Assembly: GCA_049303675.1 (NCBI GenBank)
Contig: JBAQNJ010000001.1
Location: 135,494-199,493, forward strand
DNA from: Microgenomates group bacterium
Lineage (GTDB): Bacteria; Patescibacteriota; Microgenomatia; UBA12405
Direction: 5' to 3'
DNA: 64,000 nt
In this document: positions 58,764-64,000 of the stretch, piece after piece
How positions within the stretch are numbered: the first letter of the stretch is position 1
Layout: every line of letters starts with the position of its first letter
Notes under the pieces: model-generated
Database searches by the model: none
Told to the model about the DNA's origin: nothing
Seen by the model: only the letters and a program-made list of their open reading frames with translations
Translations under genes and position numbers: made by a program

Positions 58764-59288
58764 ATGATAGAACTCATAAATGCAACCAGAACTGCAATAG
58801 TAGACCAAAATTATTATTTAACTCTCTTTATCTGTTTAACAATGCCAGATATCGCTGGAAAGATTGAGTATCCAAACATTGATGGTCGAAATCATTACAT
58901 CAAATGGTTCAATGAAAATGTTGCAGACAAATATATTATTAATAATAAAATTTCACTTACAGGAAATGATTGCTACGCATTAAGATGTTCAATGTTGCAC
59001 GAAGGTGTTACAAACACCGAGCCTCAGCCAAGCCATGAATTGTTTAAAAAGTTTGTCTTTGGAAATTTTGAATCTCATAAAAATTGTTTTTTTGATTGTA
59101 ATTTTAATGGTGTAATCTGGGACGCAGTGATACAGCTAAGTGTCAGGCAATTTTGTTTGGATATGTGTGATTCGGCACAAATTTGGTTAGAAAGAGCAAT
59201 TGTGGACGACGAAAAAAAACAAAAAATTGATGACTTGGTAATTATTTATCCAGCAGGGAATTCAATAAACGGAATGAGTTTCGGGTAG
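58764..59288 (+). CDS. hypothetical protein with a possible HEPN-like R-x4-H motif
   Basis: ALRCSMLHEG. A-rich codon usage unlike the core genes. Confidence 0.3.
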   Translation: MIELINATRTAIVDQNYYLTLFICLTMPDIAGKIEYPNIDGRNHYIKWFNENVADKYIINNKISLTGNDCYALRCSMLHEGVTNTEPQPSHELFKKFVFGNFESHKNCFFDCNFNGVIWDAVIQLSVRQFCLDMCDSAQIWLERAIVDDEKKQKIDDLVIIYPAGNSINGMSFG

Positions 59289-59310
59289 TTTCTGCTGATA
59301 ACATATATTT

Positions 59311-60027
59311 ATGTCTACCAACATCCTCTTCATCCATCACTCCACTGGCGGGTACCTATTGCAACAGGGGAAGGTGAGGGAATTGCTATTACAAAAAAAT
59401 AAACATCTTCAACTTTGGGATCATGGCTACAATCTTGACAAAAATCTCGTCAAATTTCCATTTTTAAGTTATCTCACTTTCAAAACTGGACTCAGTAATC
59501 CACTTGGTCTTATGACTGGCCGTGATTTTAATGTCAATATCAGCAATGATTCACCCGAGGGTTATGTCAAAACCTTTTCCCAAAAACCGACCGATTCTAC
59601 TTTATCCCAAATTCTAAAATTTGATATTATCATTTTCAAAAACTGCTATCCTACCACCAAAATAACCTCCGATGAACAACTAACCAAATATCAAAATTAT
59701 TATCAAACAATATTTAAATATCTAAAAAAATATCCTAATAAATTATTCATAGTTTTCACTTCACCACCGCTACGATCAGAGTTGACCAAACCTGAGTATG
59801 CTATCCGTGCCCGTAAATTATCTGATTGGGTCGTCGCTCACCAATCAAGAAACATCAAAACATTCGATTTCTTTGATTTATTATCTGATTCATCAAATAC
59901 CTTAAAACGCCAATATTGTCGGTTTCTTCCCTTCGACTCCCATCCCAATAAACTTGCCAATCAGACTATTGCCCCAATTTTAGTCAATGTCCTTGATTCC
60001 GTCTCCCAACAATTGGTTGTCAGTTAG
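59311..60027 (+). CDS. possible SGNH-like hydrolase
   Basis: Block-V-like FDSHPNKLANQTIA near the C-terminus. Weak block I (IHHSTGG). Confidence 0.35.
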   Translation: MSTNILFIHHSTGGYLLQQGKVRELLLQKNKHLQLWDHGYNLDKNLVKFPFLSYLTFKTGLSNPLGLMTGRDFNVNISNDSPEGYVKTFSQKPTDSTLSQILKFDIIIFKNCYPTTKITSDEQLTKYQNYYQTIFKYLKKYPNKLFIVFTSPPLRSELTKPEYAIRARKLSDWVVAHQSRNIKTFDFFDLLSDSSNTLKRQYCRFLPFDSHPNKLANQTIAPILVNVLDSVSQQLVVS

Positions 60028-60254
60028 AAGCGCACTCTCCCAATCACCACAATATTATTCTCACCTTTAAGTATTCCATCTTCTCCCAGCTCTGGCAACG
60101 TTTCGAGTATTTGAAATCCAGTATTACCTGTATCAATTCCACTTGGTCGAGCACCCTGCGCCCCACGTCTGGTCACCATCAACACTTTTTCGCCTTCTTT
60201 TAAGTGATACAACTGTTTGTCTCGAATTTCTTGTTTACGGGCGTCCATAGCCAA
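60024..60254 (-). CDS. hypothetical small protein (76 aa)
   Basis: ORF only. Confidence 0.3.
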   Translation of the reverse strand: MAMDARKQEIRDKQLYHLKEGEKVLMVTRRGAQGARPSGIDTGNTGFQILETLPELGEDGILKGENNIVVIGRVRF

Positions 60255-60290
60255 TTATATACCCACCGGTTTGACTTTAACCAACTCCAC

Positions 60291-60306
60291 AACTACACTT
60301 GTAGTA
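60291..60306. promoter_or_regulatory. CopY-type operator AACTAC-ACTT-GTAGTA, 1 nt upstream of the SHOCT gene
   Basis: One mismatch in the left half-site. The core TACActTGTA matches the classical cop box TACAnnTGTA. Confidence 0.55.
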
Positions 60307-60307
60307 T

Positions 60308-60544
60308 ATGATGAACTTTTATTATCCCTACGGCATGCATTACGGCTTCGGTTTCTTTTCTCTACTCTGGTACATCTTCATCTTTTGGTTGTTTCTCGCC
60401 ATTTTTCGCAAATTATTTCACCCTGATTCCACCACCAGCACCTCTTCCGCCAGCGAATCCGCTCTCGATATTCTTAAGCTCCGTTATGCTCGGGGCGAAA
60501 TCACCAAAAAAGAGTTTGATTCCATGAAAAAGGATATAAGCTAG
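60308..60544 (+). CDS. small membrane protein with C-terminal SHOCT domain
   Basis: Two hydrophobic helices followed by ALDILKLRYARGEITKKEFDSMKKDI (SHOCT). Confidence 0.6.
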   Translation: MMNFYYPYGMHYGFGFFSLLWYIFIFWLFLAIFRKLFHPDSTTSTSSASESALDILKLRYARGEITKKEFDSMKKDIS

Positions 60545-60810
60545 GTTCTTCTATATGGCATTATTACTTCTCCATACTTACTCCTTGCAATTGATTCTGC
60601 TGAACTTAGATGTCCGCTATTGATGTTTACGTTATTTCGCCTCAAAAAATTTAATGCTCCTACTATATCGTCTGTAATTGAATTATGTCTAGCTACAATA
60701 GCCCAAGCCTCCATCTGACCGACTCTAAAAGGTTTACCACCGTCGATTGAAATGTTTAGTTTCGCCGTATCTACCAACACATCTATTCTATCTATATAAA
60801 ATATTGTCAT
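60541..60810 (-). CDS. hypothetical protein (89 aa)
   Basis: ORF only. Confidence 0.3.
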   Translation of the reverse strand: MTIFYIDRIDVLVDTAKLNISIDGGKPFRVGQMEAWAIVARHNSITDDIVGALNFLRRNNVNINSGHLSSAESIARSKYGEVIMPYRRT

Positions 60811-60918
60811 ATTAGACCTGATTATATTAAAACAAATTTTGAAACTTTCAAAACAAGTTGCATTTTAATCTATCACGAGGTCCACTAATCCCTGCTTATT
60901 TGACATTGACTCTATATA

Positions 60919-60934
60919 TACTACAATTGTAGTA
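60919..60934. promoter_or_regulatory. CopY-type operator TACTAC-AATT-GTAGTA (contains perfect cop box TACAATTGTA)
   Basis: Perfect 16-bp palindrome, 17 nt upstream of the Cys-rich peptide ORF. Confidence 0.65.
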
Positions 60935-60951
60935 ACAATAATTTATTTTCT

Positions 60952-61047
60952 ATGATCAAAAAGAAGAAAGATGAAAAATTAAATTCCGAATTCACCTCCG
61001 AAGAATGTTGTGGTGGGCAGTGTACTTGCAATTGCGGTGATGAATAG
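60952..61047 (+). CDS. 31-aa Cys-rich peptide MIKKKKDEKLNSEFTSEECCGGQCTCNCGDE (putative copper-binding/metallothionein-like or RiPP-like precursor)
   Basis: Manual translation; the ORF is shorter than the track cut-off. A cop operator lies upstream and an intrinsic terminator downstream. Confidence 0.5.
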   Translation: MIKKKKDEKLNSEFTSEECCGGQCTCNCGDE

Positions 61048-61089
61048 ATCGTAGCAACAGAGTAGTCGAAAATCAGGTACTTGTAAATC

Positions 61090-61115
61090 AAACCCCCCCG
61101 AATTCCGGGGGTTTT
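61090..61115 (+). terminator. rho-independent terminator (ACCCCCCCGaattCCGGGGGTTTT)
   Basis: Perfect GC stem and a T-run, 43 nt after the peptide stop codon. Confidence 0.75.
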
Positions 61116-61237
61116 AGTTGGTAGCGGCTAAAATCAGCAGGGTCGGTGAAAGAGTGATAAACAAATATTTTTGGTTTTTGTATAATCAACTCGGATAATG
61201 AAAAACATTAAATATTGAAATTATCGACAAAAAACTT

Positions 61238-62506
61238 ATGATCATTTATTCGAGTACTACATTTAAATCAATAGAGCCATTCGGGGAAATCGAACTACCA
61301 GATTTTTGTGTGTTGACCGGTAGAAATGGTAGTGGCAAATCACACCTACTTACCGGAATAAAGGAAGGGAGTATTTTCGTCAGAGATACACCAGCAAAAA
61401 ATATTTTGTACTTAACCTTTTCAAATTTTGTCCAAAACTTTCAGGTTACAACAGATTATTCCCATAAGGTAAATGCTTGGAATAGATTTATAGATACGAA
61501 TAATCTCAACATACCCAACATATTAAGAAATTTAGAATCAAGGATAGAGCCTTACAAGGAAATAATTGAGAGTTCATCTAAGGATAAACACAAACCATAC
61601 CTTAAGTTAAATATATCTGACTTACCTCCAGAGAGCGGAGAGCTAGTTATCCGTGAACTCTCTAAATATAAAGATGAATTAATGGATATATTCAATCAGG
61701 ATAACTACAAAAATGACGAAATTTTACAGTCAATATTAGAGTCCGTAATATTTAAGTCAGAAATGTTTGCTTCATCAATAAAACACAACTACTTCTTTTT
61801 ACTTTTTCAAAAAACAGCGCTTGGTAGTAGTCAAATTTTGTCTGACTTAAGTACAATTTTTAACGAATATCACAGGAACATAAACCGCAACTTCTTAGTT
61901 TCAAAAAATGGGGGTTCAACTCTAGACAGTGATGAATTTGTTAATAAGTATGGAAAGCCACCCTGGGACCTAATTAGAAATATTTTTTCAGGATTCAACC
62001 TACCTTTCGATATTAATGATCCTTCAAGTGAGAATGTTGATCCTTTCGATGGTACTTTTCAAATAAAGTTTTTCAATACCGAGAGGAACAATAAAGAGAT
62101 TGTTTTTGGAGACCTTTCCTCAGGAGAACAAATCTTAATCACGCTAATAAACGCAATTTACACCGCTACAAGGAAGGACAATCTACCAAAGTTAATTTTA
62201 CTGGATGAAATTGATGGACCGTTAAACCCATCAATTATCCAAAAGTTTATAAACTATATCACTGAGAACTTTGTTGAAAATGGAATCAAAGTCATTGTTG
62301 CAACACATTCACCGTCCACAGTAGCGTTTAGCCAGAGTGATTCAATTTTTGCCGTTGATAGTACAAAAACACCTCCAATCACTCAAAAAGACCATTCACA
62401 AGCAATAAGCTTGTTATCAGATGGGTTTACTACTTTGTCAGATTTACTTGTTGTTAACACAGTATTAACAAATAGAATCGTTATATCTGAGGGGAAAAAT
62501 TATTAA
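61238..62506 (+). CDS. ABC-type ATPase of OLD/Gabija GajA/AAA_21 type (N-terminal part of a possible ATPase-Toprim nuclease)
   Basis: Walker A LTGRNGSGKSHLL, Walker B ILLDEIDGPLNP and H-loop VIVATHSPS. Ends ...VISEGKNY followed by a TAA stop, with the next ORF in the same frame. Confidence 0.7.
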   Translation: MIIYSSTTFKSIEPFGEIELPDFCVLTGRNGSGKSHLLTGIKEGSIFVRDTPAKNILYLTFSNFVQNFQVTTDYSHKVNAWNRFIDTNNLNIPNILRNLESRIEPYKEIIESSSKDKHKPYLKLNISDLPPESGELVIRELSKYKDELMDIFNQDNYKNDEILQSILESVIFKSEMFASSIKHNYFFLLFQKTALGSSQILSDLSTIFNEYHRNINRNFLVSKNGGSTLDSDEFVNKYGKPPWDLIRNIFSGFNLPFDINDPSSENVDPFDGTFQIKFFNTERNNKEIVFGDLSSGEQILITLINAIYTATRKDNLPKLILLDEIDGPLNPSIIQKFINYITENFVENGIKVIVATHSPSTVAFSQSDSIFAVDSTKTPPITQKDHSQAISLLSDGFTTLSDLLVVNTVLTNRIVISEGKNY

Positions 62507-62515
62507 CATCTTGAG

Positions 62516-62959
62516 TTGGCCTATTCTTTTTTTGGTAAAAACTTAGATTTGAGCATTTTAAATATCGCGAATCTTGGCAGTGGTGAGCTAAGAAACTTAT
62601 TTACATTTATAAACAGGTTTAACAGTACAAAAGAGTTTATATTTGTGTGGGACAACGATTACAGAATTAATGACAATGGCCAAGAGCGAGATTTGGTTGC
62701 TGTTCTGCGCCAATGCAGTAAGAACTCTAGGGTATATATTTTTGAAGAAAACTCAGCTGGGATCACAAAAAGGGGAATAGAAAACTTATTTAATCACGAA
62801 GTTTTGGATGGGTACGATGGTATTGTTGAACAAAATGGAGTAAAAAATAAAAATAGATTTTTCAACCATATTAGGAATCGAAATAATAGAAATGACTTCG
62901 ATAATTTTATGAAATTTTACGAATTTATCACAACTTCTAGTGTTTCGAATATAAAATAG
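62516..62959 (+). CDS. Toprim-like C-terminal segment (possible continuation of the OLD-family nuclease; TTG start in track)
   Basis: Same frame as the upstream ATPase, separated only by TAA plus 3 codons. FIFVWDNDYRIND provides a DxD-like acidic motif, downstream of the E in ISEGKNY. Confidence 0.4.
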   Translation: MAYSFFGKNLDLSILNIANLGSGELRNLFTFINRFNSTKEFIFVWDNDYRINDNGQERDLVAVLRQCSKNSRVYIFEENSAGITKRGIENLFNHEVLDGYDGIVEQNGVKNKNRFFNHIRNRNNRNDFDNFMKFYEFITTSSVSNIK

Positions 62960-63016
62960 ATTGTTAAAAACTTACTCGAGGCTGGTACTGGGATACCAGC
63001 CTCGTAAAATAAAAAA

Positions 63017-64000
63017 CTAATCGTCGTGATTCCATCTCCATATCCATAGAGCCACTATAATCAGCGCACTTGCTGATATTGCCCATACTTGAACAGGGGA
63101 GAACCACCAGGTCAGCATTCCGGACACCAAGAGTCCTATTGTTGCTCCAACCGTGCCTGCACTCGATCTCAACGAATTAACAGATGTTCTGACCTCATTG
63201 GCAATTCTCCGGTTGGTATAGGTCCACAAAACTGGTAGCCACATACTTCTACCCGCTTCATGTACCAAAAATGGGATCAAAATTAACCAGATCCAGCTTC
63301 CTTTAATTGGTGTAATCAACATCGGGATACCAATGCTCAACACAATTATTGCCAAGCCTTTTGAATTTATTTTCCATTTTTCTGCCAACTTACTCCCAAT
63401 AGCACTCGCCACTGCTATTCCTGTCCATATGCTCCCTAGCCATTCGCTATTGCCACTGGCAGTTTTAAATACCACTGGCCAAAACATGTTAAATGGCTGA
63501 AAACATCCAAACAATATTGCTGTCACTACAAATGTCCGTCTCATTACTGGATCTTTCCATGCATTTTTGGTTATTGTCCAAAGCCTCAAGTCACTATCAC
63601 TTAGAACGTGGGTAGTCGATTTTTCTGGATACTTTCTCAGCTCCCAAGAAATCATCAAGAGAGTTATCATTCCAGTTGAGCCGGCCAGCAACCAGGGCCA
63701 CTGCAATCCAAAACGGCTCCCCACAATTCCTCCCAAAATCGCGGTTGGGATAACGGCCAATTTTCCCCAAAAACCAGCTTGAGATAGTGCCCAATGAGTC
63801 TCTTCTTCCGTCGTGTGGTTTTTTACCCAACTTTCCAGCGCCTCTGAAATACAGGCATGGCCAATTGCCCCGATTGCTTCCGACAAGGCGCACATCCAAA
63901 ATCCTGTTGCCATCCAGTAGCTCAAGTGACTCAACGACCAAAAGAATAAACCTATCACGTAGATTCTTTTTTGACCAATCCGGTCACCTAGGTTTCCAGT
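63017..64000 (-). CDS. MFS transporter (N-terminus runs past window end)
   Basis: Polytopic membrane protein. The frame continues beyond the track Met and encodes TGNLGDRIGQKRIY (MFS motif A) at 63959-64000. Confidence 0.7.
   Translation of the reverse strand, partial: TGNLGDRIGQKRIYVIGLFFWSLSHLSYWMATGFWMCALSEAIGAIGHACISEALESWVKNHTTEEETHWALSQAGFWGKLAVIPTAILGGIVGSRFGLQWPWLLAGSTGMITLLMISWELRKYPEKSTTHVLSDSDLRLWTITKNAWKDPVMRRTFVVTAILFGCFQPFNMFWPVVFKTASGNSEWLGSIWTGIAVASAIGSKLAEKWKINSKGLAIIVLSIGIPMLITPIKGSWIWLILIPFLVHEAGRSMWLPVLWTYTNRRIANEVRTSVNSLRSSAGTVGATIGLLVSGMLTWWFSPVQVWAISASALIIVALWIWRWNHDD

Noticed and set aside
62504-62518. Treating the 147-aa ORF as an independent gene with a TTG start
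   Set aside because: It is in the same frame as the upstream ATPase, separated only by TAA and three sense codons, and lacks its own promoter or RBS signal. A split or readthrough of one OLD-like gene is more parsimonious, though a two-gene system cannot be excluded.

Overview
This looks like a compact, AT-rich-intergenic chromosome segment of the kind seen in CPR/Patescibacteria (standard genetic code: dnaA ends in TGA, and no in-frame TGA was noticed in conserved genes). It spans the replication-origin neighbourhood, with rpmH-rnpA-yidD-yidC-jag on the minus strand facing dnaA-dnaN on the plus strand, and DnaA boxes in both flanking intergenic regions. Two halves of a Gram-positive/CPR-type type IV secretion system lie about 20 kb apart on either side of the origin. 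One half (8.9-14.1 kb) carries six tandem VirB2/TrbC-like pilin paralogs, a secreted protein and a VirB6-like polytopic membrane protein. The other half (35-42.7 kb, minus strand) carries a PrgI/VirB3-like protein, a VirB4 ATPase and a giant M23-domain peptidoglycan hydrolase. Other content: three tandem RimK-type ATP-grasp ligases (one fused to a retropepsin-like domain) beside secreted Cys-rich/dockerin proteins and a GH18 hydrolase; ftsH; cell-envelope genes (DUF4012, Wzx-like flippase, O-antigen-ligase-like); trxB; mutM; a 5'-3' exonuclease; a GT4 glycosyltransferase; and an accessory region (45-63 kb). The accessory region holds three toxin-antitoxin pairs, a CopY-type copper regulon (copY, copA, an HMA-DsbD_2-cupredoxin membrane protein, a SHOCT protein and a 31-aa Cys-rich peptide, all preceded by a TACTAC-N4-GTAGTA palindrome), and an OLD/Gabija-like ATPase-Toprim gene interrupted by an in-frame TAA. 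The most striking genome-wide feature is a set of short dispersed repeat families. Several are heptamer or nonamer tandem modules (AATTCGT, AATTTGA, TGTTMAC, GTTTCYA, AACTTTATR); the others are GC-rich composite hairpin elements. Many copies sit in promoter regions, and many others are inserted in-frame inside conserved genes (dedA, trxB, rnpA, fpg, virB4, ATP-grasp genes, DUF4012), reminiscent of Rickettsia palindromic elements.
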